From NCBI GenBank assembly GCA_002633005.1, contig NMRA01000073.1, forward strand, positions 124,001 through 188,000: DNA of 64,000 nt, read 5' to 3'. Origin of the DNA: Phoronis australis. Taxonomy: Eukaryota; Animalia; Phoronida. Positions 11,201-26,200 of this stretch are shown piece after piece. The notes beneath the pieces are model-generated. The model was given only the letters and a program-made list of their open reading frames with translations. It did not search any database and was not told the origin of the DNA. The position numbers were made by a program, and so were the translations under genes. The stretch's first letter is position 1, and each line of letters starts with the position of its first letter.

Positions 11201-14200
11201 CGGATTTTCATGAAATTTAATATGTAAAACTAGGTACCTATTAGTGAGATAACGCTATCCTTGCATTTTCGAATGGATTTGACGTAGTTTGCGCCACCTA
11301 GTGGCCATTTTTACTGTTTTCGAGTCTGGTTTTTTGTGTCCACCCCTCTATCAACCAAACCGCTCAAAGGGTGATTGTGAAAATTGGCATGTATATGCTT
11401 ACTATGTAGAGGACGGTTGACGATGATTTTCAGACGATTTCAACTACTGTGGTGCCTTCTAGTGGCAGTTTTGTTTTTGTTTTTGTTGCGCATATGGCTG
11501 TATTTCTTAAACTGTTCGCAGGATCTTTACTTAATTTAGGAAGTGTATTTATATGACGTTGACTACGGATGATGACGACTTTTGGACAGATCTGACTACT
11601 GCTGTGCCCCCTTTTGACAATTTTAGTTTTTTACGTTTAACTCAGTCAGTATCTTCAAAGGCGGTTCCAACGGACATTATGTCCACTAGTGGCAATTTCA
11701 TTTTATTCTGTTTTCCTTTGTTTCTCTGAATTTCCTTGACAGATTTTTATGAAATATAGCATGTTCCTGTTTTTGGGTGGATTGTATGTTTTTGCGCCAT
11801 CAGTGGCTATTTTTACGATACAAATAAATAACCCTAAAAGCAAACCATTTGCAATGCATTCGTGGGCGCATTTCAACGCTCCGCGTTGCTCTTGTATAAT
11901 GTTAAATGGTCTAAAATTTTTTTTTTTTAAGATAGAAGGCTAATAGTTAGTAGCTGATAATGGTTCGTTTCCTGTCATTTATTCTTTGATGCATCTTAAA
12001 ATTTAGTCGTGTCTAATAGACAATTAACAGATTGTAAAATAGTTATTTGAAGCACGAGTGGACTCCGTTTGATAATTATCTTAAGTTGGTGAATTTGAGT
12101 TCATATTTTTCTCTATGTGCCTACATGATGAAACATAATATTTGACAGGTGGTTTGGGGAATATTTTAAGAAGATAGTACTTACAACTATGCGTATCATT
12201 ACAGATTATGAGGTTACGCACTGTTCATGAGCATCTTATCCGTCTGCTCTCTGCACAAGAACAGAACGAGCTACGCACATCGGAAGCATTCGCACCATTC
12301 TCGGGCCTTAACCCCCTGCAATATAACCCTTACACCCAGTCCTCATGGAAAGCCTCTGTAGATCAATACGAACGTGCAATGGCCCCGGCTGAGCAGAGAA
12401 TTGCAGGAATTCTTCGCTCCAAGATTCGTGGCATGGAGGCCAACTCCCAGCAGCTGTTGAGAGAATTTCAACGGTACAAGGAGCTGATCAAACGACCAAG
12501 CATCAGCAAGGAGTTAGTCACAGAGAGGTCAGGACTTCTTTTACTTGGCATAAAGAAATAATTGTGGGCAGTCTGGTACATGTTGTACCAGATGTGCGTA
12601 GGCCGTTCAGGTGGGCCCATTGCACTGTTCACCTGGAACCATGTTTATACTTTATTAATGTATAATAAAACCTAGCTGAGGAGCTAGAGACCTGACTCAA
12701 GGGTCTAGCGGTGTGCCCCAGTGGAACTCAAACCCACAATCTTGAGTAAAGGATGTGGACACTTACCGTACTAGGCTACAATGCCCCCTCTCACTTGGCT
12801 TAACTGCTGGAGCTAGAATTAAAATATGACACAGCACCAATGAGGTCAAGACAAATTTTGAGCTGGTGTAAATCAAGTAATGGTGATGAATGTTCCTCTT
12901 AAACCAATCAGTCCTTGGTCTTAGTGTGTGAAACTAATACTAAGTGAACTGACATGGTTAAGCACACATGTTCTACTACCAAAGCATGGTTTTCAAAGAT
13001 TATACACCACGGGGTTTTAAGAATTTTTGAGAGCTTATATATGATTCTGTGTTGTTCTTTTTTCCCATGGAATAAATGTTGTTGTTAAGATTTGTAAGCT
13101 TTCTATATATACCTCCACTGTCTCATTTTGGGTATGAATGTATATTTGTGTTTTGGTAAATGTAAGCAGTATCACCCAAATTTTGTTTTGTTTTGTTTTT
13201 ATTGTACCTCATCCCACTTCAGGGAGACCCTCCTTGGTCAGCTCTCCGTGTACATAAAACAAATCAAGGATGACTTCTCCTCGCGTACCACAGACAAGTC
13301 CCCCCCTAAGGGCAAGAATCTGCCACAGATTGTCAATAACATAGTATGGGTCAGACAGTTGGAAGCAAAGGTTAGTCACAGAACTTTTGACAGTTGAGCT
13401 ATAACTGTTTCAATGAAACTGGTTTTTGCCAAACACTTAATACTTAATTTCCATATTTCATGATTTGTGCAGTTGTGTCTTGATAGTGAATGCATTACGT
13501 AGCTATTTGGAAACATGTTGAAAACACAGTATACTTTTATAAACTTACAGTCTCATAATGATTTGTATGACTTAGAAATCTAAAGTGCCATAACGCAGCT
13601 CTCTTGTGAGTCATACATGGTAGTCTGTGACTCAAACATTAACAATATCCGTCCCTTTAGGTGCAAGAGACTCTGCAGACAGCAGAAGCACTGCTGGGAG
13701 ATCTGTCAGGGTTCAGGAACTTTCGACGTGATTCATCTGATTTGCTGGAAGAGCTGCAAAACTGGCGACGAGATCAGTTTGATGAGTGGTCACGGGACAT
13801 GCAGGCTGAAATTGAGGACAATGACAAGCCACTTAGGTAAGCTGTTATTGAACTTAATCTGAAGAATTTGCAGCACTTGTGTTTGTCCTTACAGTCAAGT
13901 AGTGTGGCAGTCCTTATAGACCTTGGGTCTTCTCAATCGACGTGGTATTATAAAATGAGCATTCACAGGTCAGGACTTCTTTAATGAATTACCCCCTTTC
14001 AGTTTGGAGACCAAAGGTCGTCTGATGGAACTGAGCCATAAGGACGGTAAACTGAGGGTTAACTATGGGGAACGGTTAGTGACCTTACTGAGGGAAGTGC
14101 GTCAACTCACCGCCCTAGGCTTCCCCATTCCTGCCAAGATCCAGCACACAGCTGCCACAGCACAGAAGTTCTACAAATATGGCGTCATACTGAAGCAGGT

Positions 14201-17200
14201 TGGAGACTGCCATTTGCTAATAAATCTACTTGCTGTTTATTTGGCGTTAAGGATATTTGAATGGGAGGGATAGTCTTAGTAATGTAGTTGCTGTCGCTTC
14301 TGGTGAAAAATAGAAGGTTTGTTGGAGAATGTCATATTATTTGTAATATGAAGGATTTTGCCAAAATTTTATTACGCCTCCCCTGTCTCAATATGCAAAC
14401 CAGTTAAAAGAAAAAACACTTGAGCTTACCCTGAATTATATTTTTTGTTTCTGTGGTGATCCATAAACAATGATTTTAGACAACAGTTGGACTAGTTGGA
14501 GTATCTTTGACACTCACTATACATTGTAACTTTCATCACTAGGTGGCCCATTTTTACAACACCATTGATCAACAAATGATAGCCAGCCAACAGTCGATGA
14601 TGCTGGACTCAGCTCTGGCCTTTGAGAAAATCATCAAGAACCCTAAACCAGGTAAGCATGAGTAACTAGTGTTTCTACTAACCATTGTAACAGTTGTTGG
14701 ATCATGTGATGTAAGACTGGGTTTTCACTGCTTTCTGTGAGTTTTGAGCAAGGTAAGTTAATACTTATTAACTAAAGAAAGGTGTTTAGTTGTGAACAGT
14801 TGGATGTTTCTACCCTCACTCTAAGAGTCTTTTCATTTGCTTGGTGGCTGTGTGGTTGATTAACAATACCCTCATGCTGTGAGCTTCATGTTGCGAGTTA
14901 GAGAAATGGTTAAGAAGCAGATTTTTAGAAGGGAAATAAACTGCACCTTCTGTTTAAACGTATGTGTCTACATTTTGTGTTTAGGCCATTTACTGTTATA
15001 AAGTGATCTCAACTTCTTCCTTGCTCAGATAAAATAAGTTCTGGTCATTGTTGTTTCAGACCAGACTAAGTTGTTTGTCATGACTGGGTTTGTTGCAGTC
15101 CTCAAGGCAATTTGGCTGCGAGGGGTATTCCAGGCAGTTTATTATTTCAATTCAACCAAAGGATAAGAATATGATATCATTATTATGGAAGGGCAAAAAT
15201 GTCTGTAAAGAATGTTGGAAGTATTTTCGACACTAAGACGAAAATTATGGGCATTTAAAGGAAAAGGACTTTAAAACCAAAAATAGTCATTAAAAAACTG
15301 TAAGGTTCGAGTGATAAAACGCTGAAACTTTATACCTTGTGATTTTAGGTGCAAAGCTCAGTGGTGATGATGTTCAGATCACATGGGACAACCCGGAAGA
15401 ACTGGAGGCCTACATACAGAAACTGCAGAAGGCAGCTGATCGACTGACATCCGAAAATAGGCGGTTGAGGAAGAGCCACAATATTGTGGCTGACAAGGTA
15501 ACTGATGGAAGTTCTGATGGGACATACTTCATTAGTTTATCGTTTTATGAAATAGATTTGCATGAGACTTCTTAAATGGTATTCATGAGCACTGCATTCC
15601 ACTGAATCAGAGGCTTTTGATTTCTTAGGTTAAAATGCTAAGTCTAACTTGTTGTGCTGATTTTTTTCTTCCAGGTGATCTCTCTTATGACCATTGATCT
15701 TCTTCGTCAAGCACAGAGGTGGAAGGATGGTCTAGGTGAAATACGCCTTCTCATGGCAAACTTGGTGTCGCAGGTGAGAATTCTTGCAGGTTGTGTGTGC
15801 CTTTCACATTGACTTGGTGATGAAGACAGTGAAAGACTATATAATGATTGTACTGTCTGAACTGATAACTATTACCTGAATCTAATCAATCTATACAGCA
15901 AGTTCCTTGACTGCAAATATATGGAAATAAAGATAAGCGATTTGTAGTTTTCAATAGTAAGCCTGCATGCTGTATTGAATAATACTTACAGTTTGAACTG
16001 CCTTAATTTGGTCAAATATCTGAGTGGGTTGCTTGTCTTCCTCTGGCATGAATCCCATGGACATTCTCACTGACATCATTTTTGGTAGAAACAGCTGCTC
16101 ATAAGAAGAGATCACTGCCAGAAAGAAAACCGTGTGGTTGGTGAGACAAGAAAGGTAGCTGTTGAGAATAAAGATATGTTCATGAGAAGTGTCTGTGCTG
16201 TTTGTGACAGAGACTGGCTGTTTACCCTGACAATGTGTAATTAAAAATATCTAACATGAAATACTGGCCGAGGAACTGCATGGTACAAACATCACAATCC
16301 AAGTGTAACAGTCATTTCAAAATCTATTAATTTGTTGCCTTTCCTCTCAGGGCTTCTCAGCCAACAACATGAAACCTTGGAAGAGCCACTGGAACATTCA
16401 ACTGTACAAGGCCCTGGAGCACCAGTACCAGATGGGACTGGAGGCTCTGAATGAGAACCTGCCTGAGATCAAAGTAGAACTAACCTACCGCCAGAACAGA
16501 CTACAGTTCAGACCTCCTTTAGAGGAGATCAGGGCCAAGTACTTCAGGGAGATGAAGAAGTTTATCGGCATTCCCAACCACTTTAAAGGTGATTTGATTT
16601 TATTGGGCAGTTGTATTAGTTGAGGAGTGGAGTGGGTTCATGTTACAGTGTTATTAAAGACAAATCAAAATAGGGTGGACTTTGTGAATGCAAACCAAAA
16701 CTCCCAAGGCACCCGTGAAGCACTTACAGTGCAAACTCTTTGCTTATTGATCAGAAAAGTGTGAATTATCATATCCCAGCTTCCTCACCCTATCACTTCA
16801 TCGGTTGCCATTTTTGTAGTCTATGGTAGTAAAGGCCCGATCATACTTGCGAAACACGTTGCCTTTCACTCACGTGATTTTATGTGATCTTGCCTTTTCT
16901 ATAGATTCTTGAATTAACGTGATGCACCCCATGTGTCCACCATTGTATGGCCGGCCGCACAACAGATGCTGACTCAGAGTCAACCAGTTGTTAAATCTGA
17001 CAATTTTTTTCAATATCTCTTGTCAGCAAATGCCTGTGGCAGTACAACTTGGCATCGTCATGGAAGATTTGCAGAATTTCAGCAGAAGGAATGGGATGAA
17101 ATTAGCAATTAATGTGGCAAATCTCCATGATTGCAGAATGGAATTTATGGTTTGCCTTTAAGACAACTAAATTAATTCTATTCTCGGTAGGTGTGAGCGA

Positions 17201-20200
17201 CACAACTACAGATTTGATATTCCCCGCCATCATTGACAGAAATGCTTCGGGTTTCATCACGTGCTACAAAAAGGCAGACGTGCTGTTCAAGCGTCTGTCT
17301 GCTGTCCTGCTGACCTTCAAGGTTTTTAGTTTATATCTCATTTGGTATAGCTTTTACTTGTCTTAGATTTTTGTCACCTACCATGTGACACATTTGATGA
17401 TCATATATTATGCTTATAACAAAAGTTTAAAAACAACTTATATGAAATTATAGCATGTTAAGTATTATGTGAATTTATTTGATAGATGTTGAAGTACTTC
17501 AAGTATAAACCATACAATGATGAGAATTATTAATTAGATATCTTATATAGAATATACATATACATACAATATAATGTATATTTTAAAAGCCTTGTTGGGC
17601 TGTAGCTTATGAACTCAATGTCTCTTACCTTGGTCAAAGCTGCTGACTTCAGTTTTTATCTGCTCGCCCCTCCTCTCTAGGAATGGGTTGTGCTGGGGTC
17701 ACTCAACTTGGACGAGTTTGTGGATAAGTACTTGGTGACCTTGCAAGATTATGAGAAAAACTTCAAGGCATTGAAAGCACGTGGACGGGATGCTGAGAAA
17801 CTGCCCAGGTAAGTACTTTGCTCATTGGTCGTATTTCTAATAACTGTGCGTCACACTTGCATGTTTTTGTTGTTAACTTCCAGCTGATTTAGTTAACATA
17901 CAACTCAAACGAACACTGTTATGCCATTTTTGCAAATTGCAAGTCCAGCGGAATGAGTCAAATTTGCAAAAGTAATGGTAACATAAAGAGATGTTTCATA
18001 GAGAATTTGACAATTTTACTTTTCTGCCAGTCAAATCAAGATAGACTGCATCAGTGTAAGTACTAACCCGGTGAAGGCTGTCATTGACGACCACATACAA
18101 CGACTGTTTGATGCTCTGCTCAACTCTTTGCGCCGTGGAATAACTGGTGACATCGGCACTATTGACACCTTCTTGAACTCTGCCATTGAGACTTTGTCCA
18201 CCAGACCACAGACTGTGGAGGAGATTGGTGATGCTAACGCCAAGCATCAGGAGTTTGCCAAGACCAAGGGACAGGTATTATGCATTTATTTTTTGGAAGC
18301 ACTAAAATGTCTAGAATTTATTCCTTTGGCTGTCCAAAAAACCAAAATTGAAACCAGACTGCTCACTACAGTAATGCTTTATTGTGATAGGATTTTATTT
18401 CCACTCATATGAGACACATTTAGAGTAGTTGGGAGTCGTAAAGTATGCTTCATAAAATTCACAAGCTTGCCAACCCATCCAAAATTGAATGTCTATCTTT
18501 GCTACCACGAACAGTTTTAATTAGCATATCTCGACTTCACATTTGAAGACTATCTGGAAATTAAGTACACTTTTAAATACAATTTCATTCAATGGGTAAA
18601 ATTAGAAGTTGAAATTATTTCATTCTTCCCAAGGCCTGTAAGGTATGGGTCATAGTTAAAGCTAACATTTGCCATGTGAATTAAATCCTTGGATTTTCTG
18701 TCATTAGATCTATCCACTGTTTGACAAAGCAGAGACCAAGAATAAGCTACTGCGCTCAGTGGCTGGGGGAGGGGTGGAGCAGATCTCTCAGCTTCAAGCC
18801 AAATGGGACAAGTTTGAGTTAATGATGGAGAGCTTTCAACTCATGGTCAAAGAGCAGGTAGGAAAGAAAGAGGCTTGGCTGGCAGAACTATATGACAAGT
18901 GGCAATTCATTTACTAGTTGCTAGGACCAATATCAAATATGTATTACTCCCAGGTAGTTGTCACAGACTTACACTTTGTTAGCAGTAAGCCAGTCACGCC
19001 AAATAATTGTCCACTAAAGGGGAAAGCAGCCATTTTTGATGTTGCGATTACTTGAAATAAAAGCCTCTTGATTATTTTGGATTACTTGTGTTTATTACTG
19101 TTTCCCTGGCCCTTTCATGCAACAATGGAAAAGTGGGATTAAGACGGCCCACATCTTGTGTGCGTATTCACTTTGATTAAGCTAATCCAATGTCTGACTT
19201 GCTGCACTGTCTGTGGTGGTCACTATCTGTGGTGGTCACTGTCTGTGGTGGTCACTGTCTGCTTGTTGGAATTGAATGCTTCTCTTTTACTCGGCCATTT
19301 ACCCCTCTTATCTTGTTGTGTAGGTTCAGGCCAGCAGAATTGAAGGCTGAGCTATGTCTAGGAAACTAGGCATATTGTATTTCTAGTAACATTGATTTTG
19401 CTTTTCACTTTTAAGTCACTAACAGTAATCTAATCCTACTTAAAGTAGACATCCATATATTTATAACTGAATGATTGTTTTTAGTTGTTCTACACGATTC
19501 AACTTTTAAGTTTAAAAGCTGTCTAGCAAAATTCAGCACTTTTTGCATTGTCAGTATAGGAGCAGAGAAATTAATTCTGACCCACCTGCTGAGGCTGTTT
19601 TCAGTAACTGTTGAGAAGGTAATGTGGCTACAATAATAATATTTTGAAATAAAAATCTTCCTACATTTATTTCTCATAGATTGATGTCATGAAAAGCAAC
19701 GTGGACTCTCGTGTCAAGGCTTTTGAACAAGAGCTTGAGAAGTTTTCTGCTAGGTGGCACCAGTTGAAACCCAGTGACGATCTGCTGGATGGAGACAAAG
19801 AGAAGGTGTTGCTGGCCGTGCAGATGATACGAGAGAAACAACAGGAGTTTGCTGACTTAGACCAGAACAGGACTAAGCTGATGTAATTTTTACCTTGACT
19901 AATCTGTTAGACTATTAGGTTCTATTCACTGTTATTCTATTTTTAATCTTTAGTCTTCATTTTGCATTGTGTACAGGGAAAATATTTTTCTGTTTCATGG
20001 TTTCAAAGGAAAGTAGTTAACTCTACACTTTACTTACAACAAAATGTTTGGCGCATTTCGTATAACCTTTTACACAAAACAGTGTAAGACCCACAACTAA
20101 TCATAGAGTGTTTTGCAATTAATACAGAGAATGGATTCCCTGTGACATGGTGAGATTCTGTGACAAAACTTGCCAGCTTGGAATTTTGTGACATCATATG

Positions 20201-23200
20201 ATGTTTTGAGAATTCTGTGGTAAAACGTGAGAAATTTGCAGAGCCAAGTAGGCTGTTAGTGTTTTGTTGGGTTTTCAGATATTTTATGCCGCATCAAGTG
20301 GTCGTTCTTCTTCACAAATTGTAAATTTATTGAATTCGTCGTTACCACTGACAAATGTTATTTATCAGATATGTGACAAAAACAAAATTCATATGACTTG
20401 TACATGCAAATAGCATCAAAAAGCTGTGACAATATAAAAATTTTGATATGTGGAAATTGTTATTTGGCATTAAACATGAATCTATTCTCTGTTAATGTTG
20501 TGGTATAAGAACCTCATCTGCTGACTGAATTATTTTCTTGTGATGCTACATTAAAATTATTTTTGTTCTCCTTCTAATCAGTTCTGACTGTGAACATTTT
20601 GAGATGGAGGTTCCTGAGTTTGAGTTAGCCAATCAGACCAAAGAAGACCTTGAACGCTATGAGGCTATGTGGGGTCTTTTCGAACAGTTCAATACTGGGT
20701 TACAGGACCTGGCTAAAGAAGACTGGATCTCATTCAGGTAAGAATGACTTTCATCGTCTATTCCTAGCTGGCTGTTCTCTGCAAACTGGGGCTTCACCAG
20801 CAGTCTAAGGAATGGGGAATTACTTTGTAGTACATAGTTTACTTCTGAATGAATCAGTGGTTTTTAGACCTTTTCAGTGTGTTGAGCTAACTACACTGTA
20901 GACAGCATAATGACCTTTCCTTCTCGGAGTTGATTAACTACTGTCAGTAGTTAAATGGTTCAAATGTTTGCATGAATATCCTGCCCTTAATTTGTCAGGA
21001 GCAAAACCTATTTGTTTGAGGAGTTTCTGAGCACATGGTATGAGAAACTGAAGACAGAGGAGCCAACAACCATGACTGTGAGGTTGCAGAAAGACATTGA
21101 CACGTACAAGGTATGGTCTTAATTTGGGGTCATATCTGCTGTAGCTTGCCATGTGTAGTATGATTTATATGTTTTGATTAATGGAGCTGCTTTGTATTGC
21201 CATTAGTATAAATATATGCTTTATTAAATTCTAATTCTAATTGCAGTTAACTATCAGTGTTGCTTTTTTGTGACTCACTATTTCTGACTACCAGGTGACT
21301 AAAAATGAGATATAAATGATACTTATTTTGAATTTAGATCTATTTTAAAGCTGTCTTTTTAATTTTGCGCTTAGATTTTTAAACTTAATGTCCATCAACA
21401 AGCCCCAAATTACAAGTAATAGTAACTTGATGTTTGTATAGTAGGGTTAAAATTAATCAAGTCATGTACAAACTATGACTAAGGTACAGGCATCCATGTT
21501 ATGCATTCTTCTACCTGGTTTGCATTTCAATAATGGGGACATTTCACAAGACACAGTTTGTGTTCCAGCTGTTTATGTTGGCTTGCATTGTAGACCGTCT
21601 TGCCTGTGCTCAAGTGGGTGCGTGGTGAACCGTTGTCTCCAGACCACTGGATGGAGCTGTTCCGTATGTTGCGCATGCCCAAAGGCACGACCTTAGAGAA
21701 GTTGACCTTTGGTGACATCCTAGCAGTGTCAGATGCCATAGCCATCAATGCACAGGCTTTGAAGGTAAACAGTTTTTGATAATTCTTATGCAGCATGAGT
21801 ACACTGTGACTAGAATTGGAATTCTTTTGTTAAAGTTGTCCTAAATGTTGGAATTGGTTGTTTTGGTGAAAGCATCCCAAACTTGAATTGAGTATGACAA
21901 GACACTCTTGAGTTATATGCGTTAGATGTCACAAAGTCCATACAGTTGTTTATCAGATACTTTATCTGAGGTCTTGAGAAACATAACTTGTCATCTTGCG
22001 AATCACATCTTCGGGATCATTGGAGAATTAGAATTTAAATTAGCCGAGATGTGTCATGATTCGTTATTATAGTAATTACAAAAAGTGAAAAATATAATGA
22101 GAAGTGGCACTTTCTAGTACTCAAGTCTGAATTAGAAAAAAATAAATATAAATGATTTATTAATTGCATTCTATACTGTATATTGTCATTGTTCAAGCTG
22201 TTGATGTTTGTATGTGTGGTGGCTTAAGGGTTTGTCCTATAAATGCCCTCTGGGGCACCAGAAGTCCCCCCTCCAATACCAGAGGTGTCCCTTCCAACAC
22301 CAGAAGTTTGCCCATGACTTTTCCCTTCTGACATGCCAGATTGTGGAATTGGTCTCAATTCAGGCTCTGTACACCTTTTGAATGACGTTATTGCTTTGTC
22401 TTTGCTGAGTGCAAAGGTCCCATTCTAATACATGACCTATATTATTATTAGGAGTTGAACCAGCGTGCCCAAGGAGAGGTGACTATTCGTGAGGCCCTCC
22501 GTGAACTGGAGATCTGGGGAGCAGGAGCGGTGTTCTCCTTGTTGGAGCATGAAGACTGTCATAACAACAAGATGAACTTGATCAAGGACTGGAAGGACCT
22601 TGTCAACCAGGTCTGTGTCTATAACTTGACAGACAGTTGAAAGTTCGTTATCATTATGTATATTGAATTGTGGGAAGATTTCTATAGTTGTTGTTTATAA
22701 TGAATGTTATCATCATTTTCCCTCAGTCTATACTCTTTCCCTCAAATACTTGCAATGACATCTTCCAACAATGAGAATATTTTTTATTTACATTTAATGA
22801 CACGAAATGTACTGTACAAGCCAAATGTATTCAGACAAAATGATCCGTAATTCCCCGGCATGACGGAAGGGTGGAAACCAGATTCATTGTCAGAGCGGTC
22901 TTCTGTTATGACTGAGAATGAAGGGGGAATGAAGAGGATAGTTATTGAGGTGGCTAGACTTTCTTTAATATTATAAGTTTGCTGCTCATGTAGTTATTAC
23001 CAGTCATTTATGCTGTTAAAAGAATAAGTCGTGGTGATGGGAAAATGGTTAAATGTGTGATTACTTTTGTATTTATTCTGTAAGTTTCAGGTTAGACATT
23101 TTATTGTTACATGGAAATTTCAGACTTCTAAATGCAGATATTAGAAACTGTTTTTAAGATTTTTGCATGTTCAAACTTGTCGATTTTTTATGAAAAATAT

Positions 23201-26200
23201 CCCACCTTGAGGTAAAATTTTGGACAGGTGCAAATATCAGTTGAACTCTGGCCCTTTATGTTCAATTGATATAGAGTAGTAGCTATACTCACTGTTTTTC
23301 ACTTCCTGTTGTTGCTGTGTGTAGAGCTAAAGTGTGTTTTTAAAAGAGACTAAGGTACAAGAATACCGATTATAATAATTGGCAAACTCATAACAGTGCT
23401 GTTCTCTCAGGTTGGTGACAACCAGTGTCTGCTACAGTCACTGAAAGACTCGCCATACTACAAATCTTTTGAGGACAAAGCATCCATCTGGGAACAGAAG
23501 TTAGCTGACCTCGACGAGTACCTGCACAACCTCAATCAGATCCAACGCAAGTGGGTCTACCTGGAGCCCATCTTTGGGCGTGGTGCCCTGCCCAAGGAGC
23601 AGGGCCGGTTCAAACGCGTCGACGATGATTTCAGGTGAGCTTTACTCATCTGATTTAAGCACTCCAGGTCTCTCAGATTTGTGAAGGATTGAACGACTCA
23701 GAACCCCAATATTGGTAAAGCCTGTTTGTTATTTCATTTTTTATTGAATTGAATGGGTTGAGTAATTTTGATGATTAAGCAGTGACTTAAAAGTAAAGAT
23801 AAACTGAACAGTTGTTAATAGTCAGGCTATACTGTGAACTACAAAATGATTCAGAAGTGAATACTTGTTAGTGTGCTCTTAGCTTTATTTTGTATCTTAC
23901 CAATAAGAATTAGATAAAATTGAATTGACTGTTGTATGTCCAATACCTACTAAGTGCGATCAATGGATTGTTTAGGACCATTATGATGGATGTGGGCCGA
24001 GACAATAGAGTTCTTACCATCGTTGCCAAAGCTGGGATGAGGAACCTGTTGGTGACTATGCTGGACCAGTTACAACGATGTCAGAAATCATTGAATGAAT
24101 TCCTGGAGGTTTGTTGGCAATTCAGAGTCTTTGACAATTTTTTAATTTGAAATTTTTCTAAAGCAAGGTGGTTTCTTTTTTATGAGTTGTGGCATTTCTA
24201 AGTTATCTATTTAGACATGTCTGTGCTTTAGATTACTACATAAAAGAAACAATAATCATGGTAATTGTTGTCTCTTGATTTATGTATTGAAATCAGTTGC
24301 AACTTGGCTTAAATTTGATTTTGTTGTAATAGCTAAAAGTTTCAATTTCAAAAATTTTAGTTATTAGGTGTCTCAGTCTCAGAAATCACTTATAGCCTCT
24401 TCTCTTTTGCGACATAGGCCATAGATTAGTAGCACAATTTTTAATGGCAACATTCACTAAATGATCTTCTGCTGCTTTCTTTCCTCAGGAGAAAAGATCG
24501 TTGTTCCCACGATTCTACTTCATCGGCGATGATGATTTGTTGGAAATCCTTGGCCAGGCCACCAACCCTCAAGTGATTCAGACCCATCTCAAGAAGCTGT
24601 TTGCTGGAATCCACAGTGTAGACTTTGATGACGGCTGTAAGCACATTGTAGCCATGAAGTCCCTGGACGGTGAGATAGTGCCGCTCAAGAAGAAGGTGGC
24701 CATAATGCCAGAGGTGGAGGTGAGGAATATTTCTTGTCTCCTCAATGTCAAATTCTTTTTGTTGTTTATCCTCCCTAACTTTCAAAGTCCTTAAACTTGT
24801 AGTGGACCGAATGCATCTTTTGCCCCATCACAATGCTGTGTAATTGGTATTCAATTATGGAAGTTTTTGCAGTGAATAATATTTGGCCGGTGTTAAAAAT
24901 GCCATCCTCCAAAATTCTCTTAACAGTACCAAATAGTGGACATTAATGAGATGACATCTTTGATCCTTCTTATTTGACCCACTTAGTGCTAATTATGTCA
25001 AGCTAAACATCCAACTGTTATAATTAAAGCTAGCAGCAGCCAATCTTCTTGCTGAAGTAACCAACTGAACCACATTTGGTCAATTATTTTATCATTTCTT
25101 CTGATTAGAAATACTAACTCTCCTTATCACAAAAAATGAAGAATTCTACCACAAAACATGAACCAAAACAATGGTTCTCAAAGATGGTACAGGTGTATTT
25201 TCTTTAAGGACAAGTAATTACCTTGTACTGGCCATGGTATGCTTGTTTTAGTTGTCAAAAGCATTGGTTTAGAACATTTACTTTTTTTGCTCATTACCAG
25301 TGTCATTAGTCTTGGGAGGTTTGGCTTTCACATATTAATAATACAACATCCCTAATTATAGCTGTAGAGCTTTTGATCTTCAGAGTCATTGCATTTTGTC
25401 TTGGACTGTATAAAATCACTAGGGCTTTGCGATAGTAGCGTCAGTGTCTGTCTTCATTTGATGCAATGATGACTTTTGTGAAATTCAATGAAATTTGTCA
25501 GCAAGCTCAACCTTGTAACTGAACCATTAGCTGCAATTCCTGTCTGTTTGATACTTCATGTAAAATGGCTTAAATATTGATAAGCATTTTGATTCACTTT
25601 GTTTTTTCTAGGTGTGGCTCCAAAAACTGGCGGACGAGATGAAAGACACCCTTCAGGAGTTGTTACGTGAATGTTTGAAGGATGCTAAGACAGGGCTGGA
25701 CCCCAACAAGTACCCTTCGCAGGTTGGTTTAGAGTGAAGAAGAATGTGCTTGCATTCTACTGTGTTTTGGATTAAGTTTAACATGGCTTGCTTTTGTATT
25801 CATTTATGACTGAGCCACCCATTCTGGACTGCAACGGTTCTCTCAGCCTTACTACCTTTACTTATTCATACTGGATTGGATCTGAATAGCATATTGTCAC
25901 TGATGCAAAGAAGACAGACTGCAGATGGTGGTAGTCTTAAATGAAGATTTGGTAAAGGATATCTCATTAGATACTGAGTTGGAGATGTAAACATCTTGTG
26001 TGTTCCAGGTCTTGTGCTTGTCGGAACAGATTCAGTTCACAGAGCGGTGTGAGGACGCCATTCGCTCTAACAGTCTACAGGAGTTTGGCATCGAGATAGA
26101 GAACCAACTGGAGGGGTACACCAACACAGACCTGGGTAGTGGAGACGGAGGACTACATGTGCTGGAGCTCAAGTTGAAAGCACTCATACTGGACACTATT

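Noticed and set aside
16833-16957. Possible PIF/Harbinger MITE (ggcccgatcatac ... gtatggccggcc)
   Set aside because: TIR match is short and gapped, and no TSD was found.
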